This document shows positions 17,729 to 28,459 of a DNA stretch of 64,000 nucleotides, one piece after another. The translations under genes were made by a program, and so were the position numbers. Source of the DNA: Chloroflexota bacterium (GTDB lineage: Bacteria > Chloroflexota > Limnocylindria > Limnocylindrales > CSP1-4). The notes below the pieces were generated by a model that did no database searches, had not been told where the DNA came from, and saw only the letters and a program-made list of their open reading frames with translations. The DNA lies in assembly GCA_021813655.1 (NCBI GenBank), contig JAKAJU010000189.1, forward strand, positions 2,229-66,228. Direction: 5' to 3'. Numbering within the stretch: position 1 is the first letter of the stretch; each line of letters begins with the position of its first letter.

Positions 17729-18861
17729 CCGAGCCGGCCGAGCCGCCCGTCGGCCGCGCCATCGCCGACTCCTCGCGCTCCGCGGCGTCTCCCCCGGAGC
17801 CCGCGCCGCCGTTGCTCGTCGCCGCGGCCGTCGTGGTCCCGATCCTCACGACGGGGCTCATCCTCCTCGTGGCGGGCGACACGCTCGGCTACGACTTCCG
17901 CGCCTACCTCGACGCCGCCCGACGCCTGATGGACGGAGGGGCGCTCTACGAGACGGGCGTGACGTCGTCCGGCGTCGTCGGCCTCTTCCAGTACCCACCG
18001 CCGGTCGCCGTGGCGCTCGTCCCCATCGCGCTCCTCCCGGAGACGCTGGCGCCCACCCTCGTGTGGCTCGGCCTCCTGCTCGCCGCCCTCGCGGGAGCCG
18101 TCGTCGCGCTCCCGGTCCGAGCGTGGGTCCGCTGGGCCGTGCTCCTGGTCGCGGGCCTCACATGGCCGGTCCTCTACGCAGTCAAGCTCGGGCAGGTCGG
18201 GCCGCTGCTGGTCCTCCTCTTCGCGCTCGCCTGGCGCTGGCTCGACCGGCCCGTCCCGCTGGGGCTGTCGATCGCCGCCGGAACGATCCTGAAGCTCCAG
18301 CCGGTCCTCCTGGTCCCGTGGGCCCTCGCGACGGGACGATGGCGGGCCGCCGCCGTCGCGACGGGAGCCATCCTCGTCATCTGCGCCGCGTCGGTGCCGA
18401 TCGTCGGGACCGGCGCCTGGCTCGATTGGATCGGCCTCATCCGCGGCGTGGGCGCGACGGTCGAGACCGCGCACGCTGTCAGCCCCGGGGCGATCGCGCT
18501 GGGGCTCGGCGCGGACTCCACGGTCGCCACGGCGATCCAGTGGGCGTTCGTCGCGGCCGTCGCGATCGTCACGATCCTCGCCTGGCTCCGACGGGACGCG
18601 GCGTCGAGCCTCGTCGTGACTGCCGTCGCGTCCCAGTGCGTCTCGCCGCTGGTCTGGGACCACTACGCCGTCGTCCTCCTCCTGCCGGTCGCTCTCGTCC
18701 TCGACCGCCTCGGCCCGCGCGCCTGGCCGATCGCGCTCCTTCCGATCGCCGGCTGGCTTCCGGCGCCCGTCTACCCGATCCTCTTCGCGGTCGGGCTCGC
18801 GGCCGCCTGGGGCGCCGGCCGACCGCGCGGCGCGATCTCCCTGCGTACGCTTGCCGCATGA
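17725..18861 (+). CDS. GT87/DUF2029 family membrane glycosyltransferase
   Basis: A GTG start overlaps the GT2 stop (GTGA) and follows a GGAGGAGGG SD. The N-terminal motif GYDFRAYLDAARRLMDGGALYE...GLFQYPPPVAVALVPIALLP is the DUF2029 signature. Confidence 0.7.
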   Translation: MTEPAEPPVGRAIADSSRSAASPPEPAPPLLVAAAVVVPILTTGLILLVAGDTLGYDFRAYLDAARRLMDGGALYETGVTSSGVVGLFQYPPPVAVALVPIALLPETLAPTLVWLGLLLAALAGAVVALPVRAWVRWAVLLVAGLTWPVLYAVKLGQVGPLLVLLFALAWRWLDRPVPLGLSIAAGTILKLQPVLLVPWALATGRWRAAAVATGAILVICAASVPIVGTGAWLDWIGLIRGVGATVETAHAVSPGAIALGLGADSTVATAIQWAFVAAVAIVTILAWLRRDAASSLVVTAVASQCVSPLVWDHYAVVLLLPVALVLDRLGPRAWPIALLPIAGWLPAPVYPILFAVGLAAAWGAGRPRGAISLRTLAA

Positions 18862-20102
18862 GGAGCGCCCGGCCCCAGGCCCTGTCGGTCCCGTCGACGC
18901 CGGCCGTCGCGTCGGCTCTCGTCGTCTGGATCCTCGCGGCCATCACGTATCTCGCGGCGAGCTGGGTCTTCGCGCCCGGCGGCAAGCTCTTCGATGCGGG
19001 CCGCCCGGACTTCTTCTGGCTCGCCGACGCGTTCCTCCACGGCAGGACGTGGCTGACCCACTCGCTCGGCGCGTGGGACACGGTCGTCATCGACGGCCGG
19101 GCCTACGTCCCGTTCGCCCCGGGCCCGGCGTTCGTCCTCATGCCGCTCGTGGCCGTCGCAGGGCTCGCGACCTCTGTGGCGTGGGAGCCCGTCGTCAACG
19201 CCGTGCTCTCCGGTGCGGGGGTGGCGCTCTGCTGGTCGCTCGCCCGGCGTCTCGGCGTCAGCCGCACCTCGGACCGCGTCTGGGTGGTCGTCCTCTTCGC
19301 GTTCAGCACCGTCACGTGGTGGGTGACGTCGCGAGGCGGCGTCTGGCACACCGCCCAGCTCGTCGCCTCGATCGCGACGTTCCTCGGCCTGATGGAAGCG
19401 TTCGGGCGACGGCGCCCGCTGGTGCTCGGGCTCCTCTCCGGCGCCGGCTTCCTCGCGCGCGCCCCTCTCGCGGCGGCGCTCCCGTTCTGGGCGTGGGCGG
19501 TCATGCCCCGCCACGGCGACCGCGGGTGGGAGGGGGGCCGGCACCCATCGGTCGTCCGCCGGTGGATCGTCCTCGCCGCCGGCTTCGCCCCCGCGTTCGT
19601 CTTCGCGCTCTGGTACAACGCGACGCGCTTCGGGTCGCCGTTCGAATCGGGCTACGGGCTCGCCGGGCTACCCGACTGGCTGGCCGCCCAGCGTGCCCAG
19701 GGCCTCTTCGCGCTCGTCCACGTCCCGATGAACATCGACTACCTGCTCCTCAAGCTGCCGGCGTTCATCGCGACGTTCCCGTTCATCAAGCCCGACTGGC
19801 TCGGCATGTCCGTGCTCTTCACGAGCCCGGGTCTCCTGCTCGCGATCCGCGCGGACTGGCGTGACCGGACGTCCTGGGCGCTGCTCGGGGCGGCGCTCCT
19901 CGTCCTCGTCCCGACCCTCCTGTACTACGGCGGGGGCTGGCTGCAGTTCGGGTACCGCTACTTCCTCGACTCGATCCCGTTCGTGATCGCGCTGGTCTCG
20001 CTCGCCGCAGCCCGCGTCCGCGTGGGGTGGGTCTGGCGGATCCTCATCCTGTTCGGGGTGGCGGTGAACGTCGCGAGCGTCTACTGGGTCTACCACTCGT
20101 AG
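18858..20102 (+). CDS. Polytopic membrane protein, putative GT-C glycosyltransferase (family unassigned)
   Basis: The ATG overlaps the previous stop (ATGA). The protein is multi-TM. It is a paralogue of the gene at 46821..48035 (shared ...RFGSPFE.GY.L... and ...QFGYR.FLD..P... segments). Confidence 0.6.
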   Translation: MRSARPQALSVPSTPAVASALVVWILAAITYLAASWVFAPGGKLFDAGRPDFFWLADAFLHGRTWLTHSLGAWDTVVIDGRAYVPFAPGPAFVLMPLVAVAGLATSVAWEPVVNAVLSGAGVALCWSLARRLGVSRTSDRVWVVVLFAFSTVTWWVTSRGGVWHTAQLVASIATFLGLMEAFGRRRPLVLGLLSGAGFLARAPLAAALPFWAWAVMPRHGDRGWEGGRHPSVVRRWIVLAAGFAPAFVFALWYNATRFGSPFESGYGLAGLPDWLAAQRAQGLFALVHVPMNIDYLLLKLPAFIATFPFIKPDWLGMSVLFTSPGLLLAIRADWRDRTSWALLGAALLVLVPTLLYYGGGWLQFGYRYFLDSIPFVIALVSLAAARVRVGWVWRILILFGVAVNVASVYWVYHS

Positions 20103-20113
20103 CGGAGGGGATC

Positions 20114-21454
20114 GTGCCGGAGCGGAACGTCGACGCGGTCGTCGTCGGGGGCGGCATGGCCGGACTCGCGGCCGCCGATGCCCTCGCGGCTTCCGGCATC
20201 AGCGTCGCCGTCATCGAAGCGGCGCCCGACGTGGGCGGGCTTGCGCGCGCGACTGTCGTGGGCGGCGAGCCGATCGAGCCCTACTACCACCACGTCTTCC
20301 CCCAGGACCGCGAGACGCTCGAGCTCATCGCGCGACTCGGTCTCTCCGGACGCCTCGAATGGCTGCCCGCGAGCATGGGGATCCTCCACCGGGGTCGCGT
20401 CCTCGCGTTCGACAGCCCGCTCGATCTCCTCCGGTTCTCCGCGGTCTCTCCGCTCGATCGCGTCCGGATGGGCGCGGCGACCGCGTACCAGCTCGTTCGG
20501 CGCGATCGAGAGCGCCTCGATGCCGTCTCCGTGGGGCGGGACGGCCCGCACTGGTTCGGGCGGCGCGGGTATGCCGTCCTGTGGGAGCCGCTGCTCACGG
20601 CGAAGTTCGGACCGTACGCGGATCGCGTCGCCATGGCCTGGCTCGTCGCACGGATCCGCCAGCGCGCCGGCGGGAGGCGGGCGACCGGCGACCGCCTCGG
20701 CTACCTGCGTGGCAGCCTGGGCACCTTGGCGGCCGCCCTTGCCGCCGACCTCGACGGACGTGGGGTCGCGATCATGACGGGGACGCGCGTCGGCTCGATC
20801 GTTCCGTCGGACGGAGGGTTCGTCGTCTCGGTGGACGGCGACACCGAGGGGACGATCCGGTCCCGCGCGGTCGTCGCATGCACGAGCGGCGGCATCCTCG
20901 GCAGCGTCGTCCACCTGCCGCCCGCGTACGCGCGGGCGATGGCCGCCATCCCCCACCGCGGCATCGCGTGCGTCCTCGTCGAGATGGACCGGCCGCTCAG
21001 CCCGTACTACTGGATCAACGTCACCGACCGGCTCGGGATGGGCTGCGTCGCGATCATCGAGCACACGAACCTCGTGGACCCCGAGCGGTACGGCGGCCGG
21101 TCGCTGCTCTACCTCGCGCACTACGTCGGGGAGGGGGATCCCGCCTGGACCGCGAGCGCCGAGGACCTGGTGCGCGCGGCGGTCCCGGGGATCCGGGCCG
21201 TGAACCCGCGGTTCGACGAGGGATGGATCACGGGGCTCCACCTCGCGCGCGACCGGTTCGCGCAGCCGGTCCCCCTGGTGGGCGGGCCGATGCCGAGCCT
21301 GACCGTCGAGACCGGGATCCCCGGCCTTCTTCACGCGAGCCTCGCGCACGTGTACCCGGATGACCGGGGCGTGTCGAAGGCCATCGGCGCCGGGCGGCGC
21401 GCCGCGGCGGGCGCGCTCGCGCACCTGGCCACGGCGGGAGCGCCCCGGCCATGA
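20114..21454 (+). CDS. NAD(P)/FAD-dependent oxidoreductase (amine-oxidase/desaturase-like fold)
   Basis: N-terminal Rossmann motif VVVGGGMAGLAAADALAASGISVAVIEAAPDVGG. GTG follows a GGAGGGGA SD. Confidence 0.7.
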   Translation: MPERNVDAVVVGGGMAGLAAADALAASGISVAVIEAAPDVGGLARATVVGGEPIEPYYHHVFPQDRETLELIARLGLSGRLEWLPASMGILHRGRVLAFDSPLDLLRFSAVSPLDRVRMGAATAYQLVRRDRERLDAVSVGRDGPHWFGRRGYAVLWEPLLTAKFGPYADRVAMAWLVARIRQRAGGRRATGDRLGYLRGSLGTLAAALAADLDGRGVAIMTGTRVGSIVPSDGGFVVSVDGDTEGTIRSRAVVACTSGGILGSVVHLPPAYARAMAAIPHRGIACVLVEMDRPLSPYYWINVTDRLGMGCVAIIEHTNLVDPERYGGRSLLYLAHYVGEGDPAWTASAEDLVRAAVPGIRAVNPRFDEGWITGLHLARDRFAQPVPLVGGPMPSLTVETGIPGLLHASLAHVYPDDRGVSKAIGAGRRAAAGALAHLATAGAPRP

Positions 21455-23148
21455 CTGCCATGACGCCGCCCGGCTCCGCGCCGGGGGCCAGCGGCCCCGT
21501 GTCCGCGTCGGCCGATCCGCCGGGTCGTGACATGTCGGCGGCTGCCGAGATCGCGGCCGTCGCCGTCGCAACGGGCGTCGGCGCGCTGACGCGCCTGGTC
21601 CCGGTCGTCACGGCGGGCTTCCCGCTCAACGACGGTGGCCTCTTCCTCGCGATGGCGGACGATGTCCGGAGGTCGGGCGCGCTCATCCCGTCGACGGCCT
21701 CGTACAACGGGCTCGGCATCCCCTTCGCGTATCCGCCGCTCGCCCTCGACCTGACGGGGATCGCGATGGGGCTTACCGGAAGCGACGGGATCTGGATCCT
21801 TCGCTTCGTCCCGGCGCTCGTCGCGCTCGCCACCATCCCGGTCGTCTACCTTCTCGGCCGGGCGATCCTCCCCTCGCGGTTCCACGCGTTCGTCGCCGCC
21901 CTGCTGTTCGCGTTCGTCCCGCGGTCGTTCGAGTGGCTCGTGATGGGCGGGGGGATCACGCGGGCGCCGGGCTTCCTGCTCGCGGCTCTGGCGATCCTCG
22001 CGACGATCGGCGTCGCAAGGCGCGCCTCGGCGCGGTCGGCCATGGCTGCAGGCGTCTGCATCGGGCTGACGGGACTGACCCACCCGCAGGCGCTCGTCTT
22101 CGCTCTCGTGAGCATCGCGATCATCACGGCGGCGTACGCGCGGTCGAGGCGCGCCCTCGGCCTTGCCGCCGGAGCCGTCGCGATCGGCGCGGCCGTCCTC
22201 CTTCCCTGGGTTGCGCTCATCGTCGCCGAGCACGGGACCGGGCCCCTTCTGTCCGCTGCCTCGTCCGGGGCCAACCCGATCCAGAGCATCGCCTACCTGA
22301 CATCGCTCGCCCTCACCGACGAGACGTTCTGGCGGATCGTCGCGCCGCTCGGGCTCGTCGGGTTCCTGTTCGAGCTCTCGCGACGCCGCTGGCTCCTGCC
22401 GGCCTGGACCGTCGTGCTCGTGCTCGCGGATCCTCGGTCGGCCGCCAACTTCACGATGGTCCCGCTCTCGCTCCTCGCCGCGGTCGGGTTCGTGGACGTG
22501 CTCGTGGAGAGGCTGTTCCCGGGGGCGTTGCCGTTCGACGCCCGGAGCGTGTGGCCCCCGTCGGTCGTCCGGCGCCGAGGGTTCGAGGCCCTGTTCGCCG
22601 CGGTCGTGATCCTCGGCATCGTCACCGGGTCGTTCGCTGCCGTCTCGCCGGGGTACATGATCCCGGTCCCGGCCGCCACCCGCGACGCGATGGCGTGGGC
22701 ACGGGCGAACACGGAGCCGCAGGCGTCCTTCCTCGTGGTGTCGGGCCGGGACTGGTTCGACGACGCCACGGCCGAGTGGTTCCCGACGCTCACGGGGCGC
22801 CGCAGCGTCGGGACGCTCCAGGGGTACGAGTGGCTCGGGCGGGACGCATGGCTGGCGCAGAACGCCGCGGCCGACGAGCTCGTCAAGTGCGCGCCCCGGA
22901 CCGTCTCGTGCGTGGATGCGTGGATGCGTGACCACCGGGCCGCCGACTACGTCTTCATCCCGAAGGGCAGGGTCGCCGGCCCGGCCGGCCCGGACGACTG
23001 CTGCGTGCCCCTGCGCGAGACCGTGCGGACGTCGCCCCGGTACGAGGTCGTGTACGACGGCGACGGCGCGACGATCGCGCGCATCCTCCCGGACCCGAGC
23101 GCGGTCGTGGGGCCGCCGAAGCCCGCGGTGCTATCCTCGCGGCCGTGA
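21451..23148 (+). CDS. Large polytopic membrane protein, putative glycosyltransferase
   Basis: 565-aa multi-TM protein. The ATG overlaps the stop of the oxidoreductase (ATGA). No confident family assignment was possible by eye. Confidence 0.55.
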   Translation: MTAMTPPGSAPGASGPVSASADPPGRDMSAAAEIAAVAVATGVGALTRLVPVVTAGFPLNDGGLFLAMADDVRRSGALIPSTASYNGLGIPFAYPPLALDLTGIAMGLTGSDGIWILRFVPALVALATIPVVYLLGRAILPSRFHAFVAALLFAFVPRSFEWLVMGGGITRAPGFLLAALAILATIGVARRASARSAMAAGVCIGLTGLTHPQALVFALVSIAIITAAYARSRRALGLAAGAVAIGAAVLLPWVALIVAEHGTGPLLSAASSGANPIQSIAYLTSLALTDETFWRIVAPLGLVGFLFELSRRRWLLPAWTVVLVLADPRSAANFTMVPLSLLAAVGFVDVLVERLFPGALPFDARSVWPPSVVRRRGFEALFAAVVILGIVTGSFAAVSPGYMIPVPAATRDAMAWARANTEPQASFLVVSGRDWFDDATAEWFPTLTGRRSVGTLQGYEWLGRDAWLAQNAAADELVKCAPRTVSCVDAWMRDHRAADYVFIPKGRVAGPAGPDDCCVPLRETVRTSPRYEVVYDGDGATIARILPDPSAVVGPPKPAVLSSRP

Positions 23149-24359
23149 CCCATCCAGCTCCCGCCGGCGTCGGGCCCGCACGTTCCGCAGCGGGGGCCCC
23201 AGCCCCGCTCACGCGCCCGGCCCCGGGCACTCTCGTGGCGCGCCGGGCGATCGTGGATGCGGTCCCGCCCGCGACATGGGACGCGCTCGCAAGCCGCAAC
23301 CCGTGGGCAACGCCGTTCGCGCGGTGGGCGTTCCATCGCGCGTGGTGGGACGGGTACGGCGAGAACGCCCACGACGAGACGGTTCTCGTCGTGGACCCGG
23401 CGGCCGAGGCCCGCGGTGACGCCGCCCTCGTAGCGATCGTGCCGCTCATGCACCGCCACGGCGTCGAGCCCACGGACGCGGCCCGCCACACGATGCTCCG
23501 CCGTGAGTCCGACGAGGCGCTCACGCCGATCGCACCGGCGGCGAAGGTCGTGTTCTTCGGCGCCTCCTATCACGCCGACTACGCGACCGTGCTCGCCGAC
23601 CCGTCGGATCTCCCGGCGGTCGCGGAGGCACTCGTCGACCTCCTCGCGTCGGACGCGGGACCGTTCGACGCGCACCCCGATCCGTGGGACATCGTGGACC
23701 TCCGCCGCCTCCGCGATGGAGATCCCGCTCTCGACGCGCTCCGGTCGGCGTTCTCGGTGCGCGCCGCCGCTGCCGGCTGGGACGTGCGCGTCGAGGCCGA
23801 GGACGTGTGCCCGGTGGCGACGCTCCCGGCTGACGCCGACATCGAGGCCTTCCTCGGAACGCTCGGGAAGAAGGAACGCCACGAGATCCGCCGGAAGGTC
23901 CGGCGAGCCGAGGCCGCCGGATCGATCGACCTGGTCCCCTCGGCCGACCCGCTCGCGGACCTCGACGCCTTCGTCGACCTCCACCAGAAGCGGTGGGGTG
24001 CCGAGGGCCTCTTCCCGCCCACGGAGGGCGGCGCGATGAGCCGCCGGTTCTTCGCTCGCCTCATCGAGCTCCTCGCCCCGGACGGGACTCTCGACCTCCG
24101 CTTCCTCGAGATCGACGGTCGACGGATCGCGGCCGGCGTGGGCTTCGCGGACGCATCGTCGGTCTACTACTACAACGCCGGCGTTGATCCCGACGCCCGG
24201 GAGCTCTCGCCGGGCGTCGTCATGGTGGAGCGCTACGTGCGCGGCGCCCTCCAGCGCGGGAAGCGGCGTCTCGACTTCCTCCGAGGTGACGAGGCGTACA
24301 AGTACGAGTGGGGCGCCGTGGACGAGCCGATCCGCCGCCTGCTGGTCGTGCGGACGTAG
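23145..24359 (+). CDS. FemAB-like/BcsL-like GNAT acyltransferase (Acetyltransf_6-type)
   Basis: 404-aa soluble protein with the C-terminal ...YYYNAGVDPDARELSPGVVMVERYVRGALQRGKRRLDFLRGDEAYKYEWGA pattern typical of FemAB-like GNATs. GTG overlaps the upstream stop. Confidence 0.6.
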   Translation: MTHPAPAGVGPARSAAGAPAPLTRPAPGTLVARRAIVDAVPPATWDALASRNPWATPFARWAFHRAWWDGYGENAHDETVLVVDPAAEARGDAALVAIVPLMHRHGVEPTDAARHTMLRRESDEALTPIAPAAKVVFFGASYHADYATVLADPSDLPAVAEALVDLLASDAGPFDAHPDPWDIVDLRRLRDGDPALDALRSAFSVRAAAAGWDVRVEAEDVCPVATLPADADIEAFLGTLGKKERHEIRRKVRRAEAAGSIDLVPSADPLADLDAFVDLHQKRWGAEGLFPPTEGGAMSRRFFARLIELLAPDGTLDLRFLEIDGRRIAAGVGFADASSVYYYNAGVDPDARELSPGVVMVERYVRGALQRGKRRLDFLRGDEAYKYEWGAVDEPIRRLLVVRT

Positions 24360-24362
24360 GCT

Positions 24363-25565
24363 GTGGGCGCTCCTCTCCCCGACGACCCGCGGTACATCAT
24401 GCCTCCGCGCGGGCCGCTCCCCCCGGGCGGGCCCGTCCGCGTCGTGGAGCTCCTCGCGACGGGGACGAACGGCGGCGCCCAGGAGCACGTCTACGGGCTT
24501 CTCTCGCGCCTCGACCGCGAGCGGTACCTCCCGACCGTCGTCTCGCTCTCGCCCGGTTCGGCTGTCCGACGGATCGCCGCTCTCGGCGTCCCCACGCTGG
24601 TGCTCGACGAGCCCGACGACGCGATCGCGGTCGGCGCGCTCGCGGCACACCTGGCCGACGTCCGGCCGGACGTGCTCCACAACCACATGTACCGGGCGGA
24701 GCTCGTGGGGACGCGCGCGGCCATCGCGCTCGGCGAGATCGGCAAGCGACGGCCGTACGTCATCTCCACCGTCCATTCGAGTCGCGTCCGATCGCCCGAG
24801 GACCGGGCCGAGCTGCGTCGCCTCACGCCCTGCATCGACCTCCTGGTGGCGGTCTCGCACGCGATCGTGCAGAAGATCCGCCACGAGGAGCGCGAGGGGT
24901 CGCCGGTCCGGCTCGTCTACAACGGGGTGGACCTCCATCGGTACGACCACCAGGAGCCGTGCTGCACCCTGCGGGAGGAGTACGGCATCGAGGAGGGCGC
25001 GCCGATCGTCGGTGTGGTCGCGCGTCTCGAGCCGGAGAAGGGCCACCGCACGCTGCTCGACGCGTGGCCGCAGGTCCTCCGCAGCGTCCCCACGGCGTGC
25101 CTCATCGTGGTCGGGGAGGGATCCCTGCTCACCGAGCTGGTCTGGCAGGCACGTGAGCTGGGGATCGAGCGGCGCGTGATCTTCACCGGCCGCCGCGACG
25201 ACATTCCCGCCGTGACGGCCGCGCTGGACATCGCCGTTCTGCCCTCGTACCGCGAGGCACAGGGCATGGTGGTCCTGGAGGCGATGGCGCTGTCACGACC
25301 CGTCGTCGCGACGAACGTCGGCGGGATCCCCGAGATGATCGAGGATGGCGTCAGCGGCGTGCTGGTGCCGCCGCACGACCCGGATGCGCTCGCAGCCGCG
25401 ATCGCTCGCCTCCTCCTCGACCATCCGCTCGCGGACACGATCGCCCGCAACGGCCACGACGTGGTCCACGAGCGCTTCTCGATCGAGTTCATGGTGCGCG
25501 CCGTCGAGGACGCGTACGACGAGGGAGCGCGGGCGGCGCGTCTCCGGGACGCGATCGCGGTCTGA
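24363..25565 (+). CDS. GT4-family glycosyltransferase (Glycos_transf_1)
   Basis: The C-terminal GT-B domain carries ...LIVVGEGSL...ERRVIFTGRRDD...AQGMVVLEAMALSRPVVATNVGGIPEMIEDGVSGVLV, which includes the E-x7-E-like signature. Confidence 0.8.
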   Translation: MGAPLPDDPRYIMPPRGPLPPGGPVRVVELLATGTNGGAQEHVYGLLSRLDRERYLPTVVSLSPGSAVRRIAALGVPTLVLDEPDDAIAVGALAAHLADVRPDVLHNHMYRAELVGTRAAIALGEIGKRRPYVISTVHSSRVRSPEDRAELRRLTPCIDLLVAVSHAIVQKIRHEEREGSPVRLVYNGVDLHRYDHQEPCCTLREEYGIEEGAPIVGVVARLEPEKGHRTLLDAWPQVLRSVPTACLIVVGEGSLLTELVWQARELGIERRVIFTGRRDDIPAVTAALDIAVLPSYREAQGMVVLEAMALSRPVVATNVGGIPEMIEDGVSGVLVPPHDPDALAAAIARLLLDHPLADTIARNGHDVVHERFSIEFMVRAVEDAYDEGARAARLRDAIAV

Positions 25566-25614
25566 CGGATCGTCGGGCGGCCGAGCGGCGCGCCCGCCCA
25601 TGTAGCATCCTCTC

Positions 25615-27198
25615 GTGCGCTCTCTCCGGGTCTCGATCGACGCCGTCTGGGTCGCCGCTGCGGTCGCGCTCCCGGCGCTCGGGGCGCTCCTCGCCCCGCT
25701 GACGAGTGAGGACCTCGCCTACCAGGTCCGCACCGGGGACATGATCCTCGCGAGTCGGTCGATCCCGTCGGTCGACACACTCACCTTCTCCGCGGCCGGC
25801 CTGCCGTGGACCGTCCAGCAGTGGGCCGCGGCCGTCGCCCTCGCGGCCGGGTTCGCGCCCGCCGGGTGGACGGGACTCCTGGTCCTGCGGGCCGTCGTCG
25901 TCGCGGCCATCTTCGGCCTGGTCGTCCTCGCCTGTGCCCGGATGGGCGTCCGGAACCGCACCGCTGCTCTTCTCGCGATCGCCTCGTTCGTGGTGGCGCT
26001 CGGTGGCCTCGCGCTGCGGGCACAGCTGTTCGGGGTCCTCTGCTTCGCCGCGATCCTCGCCCTGGTCGCCGGGCGCTCGCGGTCGCCCCGCGCGTTCCTG
26101 GCCGTCCCTCTCGTGGTCCTGGCATGGGCGAACGTGCATGGCACCTTCCCGCTGGGGCTCGCCGCCGTGGCGTGGGTGCTCCTCGAGGACGTGGCAGCCG
26201 CTCGCCTCCCGACCGGCTCGCCTCTCGGCGCTGCGGCCGACGACGGCGCGCAGGCGGCGGATGCGGGGCCAGCGCCAGACCCCCGAGCTCTGTCGAGCGC
26301 GGTTCGCCGCGACATGGCGATCCTCGTGCTCTCGCTCGTCGCGACGTTCGTCACCCCGTTCGGCGCGGGTGTCTGGTCGTACGTCGCGGGCCTCGTCACG
26401 ACGCCGGCCGTCGCGGGCCTGGTGTCGGAGTGGCAGCCCACGACCATCCAGACGTTCGCCGGCGCCACGTTCGTCGCGTCCGTCGTCGGTGTGGCGGTCG
26501 TGCTCGGCGCGCGTCGGCGCGGCGCGACCTGGCCGACGCTCCTCTGGCTCGCAGGCCTCTTCGTGCTTGGCGCGTGGACCGAGCGCGGGATCGTCTGGTG
26601 GGCGGTCGGTGGCGCGGTGGCCATCGCTGGGGTCCTGGGGCGCGCGGAGGCCGCGGGCGGCACCGCGCACGAGGCCGGGGGCTCGACGAGGGGCGCGGGG
26701 AGCATCGGCGCCGGGCCGCGCGGGGGGGCGCGGCCAGTCTCCATCGTCAACGGCGTCCTCGCGCTCGCGATCGCCGCCGCGCCCGCCGTCCTCGCGGTGG
26801 CGATCCTGTCCCGCCCGTCCGACCCGGTCACGGGTCCCGCCGGGGTCCTCGTCGACGCTCCGGCCGGGATCACCGCCGCGGTCCGCGAAGCCGCACCGCC
26901 CGGGACCCGCATCCTCAACGCCCAGCGCTGGGGATCGTGGCTGGAGTGGGCCGTGCCTGACGCGCTCGTCTACACCGACTCGCGGTTCGAGGTGATCCCC
27001 GCCGACGCGTGGCGCGACCAGGTCGCCGTCTCGAGCGGGCGCTTCGACTGGCGGGAGATCATCGACCGGATCGCGCCCGACCTCATCGTCGCGTCACGCC
27101 ACGATCAGCAGGGGCTGCTCGACGCGATCGCGGCCGACCCGGCTTCGGGCTGGCGCCGGGTCTACGCCGACGACGACGGTGTGGTGCTCGTCCGGTGA
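25615..27198 (+). CDS. Polytopic membrane protein with a C-terminal extracytoplasmic domain (unassigned)
   Basis: 527 aa. At least 10 predicted TM helices are followed by a roughly 120-aa soluble tail. It is co-directional with the GT cluster. Confidence 0.5.
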   Translation: MRSLRVSIDAVWVAAAVALPALGALLAPLTSEDLAYQVRTGDMILASRSIPSVDTLTFSAAGLPWTVQQWAAAVALAAGFAPAGWTGLLVLRAVVVAAIFGLVVLACARMGVRNRTAALLAIASFVVALGGLALRAQLFGVLCFAAILALVAGRSRSPRAFLAVPLVVLAWANVHGTFPLGLAAVAWVLLEDVAAARLPTGSPLGAAADDGAQAADAGPAPDPRALSSAVRRDMAILVLSLVATFVTPFGAGVWSYVAGLVTTPAVAGLVSEWQPTTIQTFAGATFVASVVGVAVVLGARRRGATWPTLLWLAGLFVLGAWTERGIVWWAVGGAVAIAGVLGRAEAAGGTAHEAGGSTRGAGSIGAGPRGGARPVSIVNGVLALAIAAAPAVLAVAILSRPSDPVTGPAGVLVDAPAGITAAVREAAPPGTRILNAQRWGSWLEWAVPDALVYTDSRFEVIPADAWRDQVAVSSGRFDWREIIDRIAPDLIVASRHDQQGLLDAIAADPASGWRRVYADDDGVVLVR

Positions 27199-27259
27199 GG
27201 ACCGTCGGCCGGACCTTCGAGGGGTACCGCATGCATCGCAGGTTGGTACGCTCGCTCAC

Positions 27260-28459
27260 ATGAGCGAACCGGACCTCGACGTCGTCGTCCTCGGAGGAGC
27301 CGGGCACGTCGGCTTGCCGTTGAGTCTCGCCTTGGCGGCCAGCGGCCTCCGTGTCGGCATCTACGACACGAATGCCGCCACGCTCGCCCTGGTCTCCGAG
27401 GCGCGGATGCCCTTCCGCGAGAACGGCGCGGAGGAGCTTCTGCGCGACGTCCTCCCCACGGGCAGGCTCGTGTTGTCCGCAGACGCCGCCACCATCCGGC
27501 GCGCGGAGGCGCTCGTCATCGTCATCGGGACCCCCGTGGACGAGTTCCTCGGGCCCTCCATGACGCTCTTCGAGCGGACGGTCGAGCAGATCGCAGTCCA
27601 CGTGCAGGACGGCGCACTCGTCGTGCTCCGGAGCACCGTCTACCCGGGTACGACCGAGTACGTCGCCAACGCGCTCGCCGTCCACCATCGCCGCGTCCAG
27701 GTCGCCTTCTGCCCCGAGCGCGTCGCGGAGGGGCACGCTCTCGAGGAGTTCCGGACCCTGCCGCAGATCATCGGCGCGGACGACCCCGCCGTATCAGACC
27801 GCGCCGCGGCGCTCTTCGCCCGGCTCGGCGGCGAGATCGTCCGAACCACCTCCCGCGAGGCGGAGCTCGCCAAGCTCTTCACGAACACGTGGCGATACAT
27901 GAAGTTCGCGATCGCGAACCAGTTCCTCATGGTCGCGGACCAGGCCGGCCTCGACTACGCGCACATCCTCGAAGCGATCCGCCACGACTACCCGCGCGCC
28001 GCGGACCTCCCCGGCCCGGGCTTCGCCGCCGGGCCGTGCCTCTTCAAGGACACGATGCAACTCGCGGCCTTCACGAGCGACCACTTCCCGATGGGTCAGG
28101 CGGCGATGCAGGTGAACGAGGGCCTGCCCGCCTACATCGTGAGCGCGCTCGAGCGGCGCCACGGGACACTGCGGGGCAGGACGGTCGGGATCCTCGGCAT
28201 GGCGTTCAAGGCCGAGTCGGACGACAATCGGGCGTCGCTCAGCTACAAGCTTCGCAAGTTGCTCGCCTGGGCCGGGGCGCGCGTCCTGTGCACGGACCCG
28301 TACGTGCCCGACCCGCGCCTCGTCCCGCTCGAGGTGGTCCTCGAGGAGTCCGACACGATCATCCTCGGCGTCCCGCATCGCGCGTACCGAGGCCTCGAGA
28401 TCGGCGACCGCGACGTCGTGGACATCTGGGACGCCTTCGGCCGCGGGATCACGCTGTAG
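27260..28459 (+). CDS. UDP-glucose/GDP-mannose dehydrogenase family protein
   Basis: N-terminal Rossmann motif VVVLGGAGHVGLPLSLALAASG, a catalytic Cys in GPGFAAGPCLFKDT, and a C-terminal UDP-binding domain. Confidence 0.85.
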   Translation: MSEPDLDVVVLGGAGHVGLPLSLALAASGLRVGIYDTNAATLALVSEARMPFRENGAEELLRDVLPTGRLVLSADAATIRRAEALVIVIGTPVDEFLGPSMTLFERTVEQIAVHVQDGALVVLRSTVYPGTTEYVANALAVHHRRVQVAFCPERVAEGHALEEFRTLPQIIGADDPAVSDRAAALFARLGGEIVRTTSREAELAKLFTNTWRYMKFAIANQFLMVADQAGLDYAHILEAIRHDYPRAADLPGPGFAAGPCLFKDTMQLAAFTSDHFPMGQAAMQVNEGLPAYIVSALERRHGTLRGRTVGILGMAFKAESDDNRASLSYKLRKLLAWAGARVLCTDPYVPDPRLVPLEVVLEESDTIILGVPHRAYRGLEIGDRDVVDIWDAFGRGITL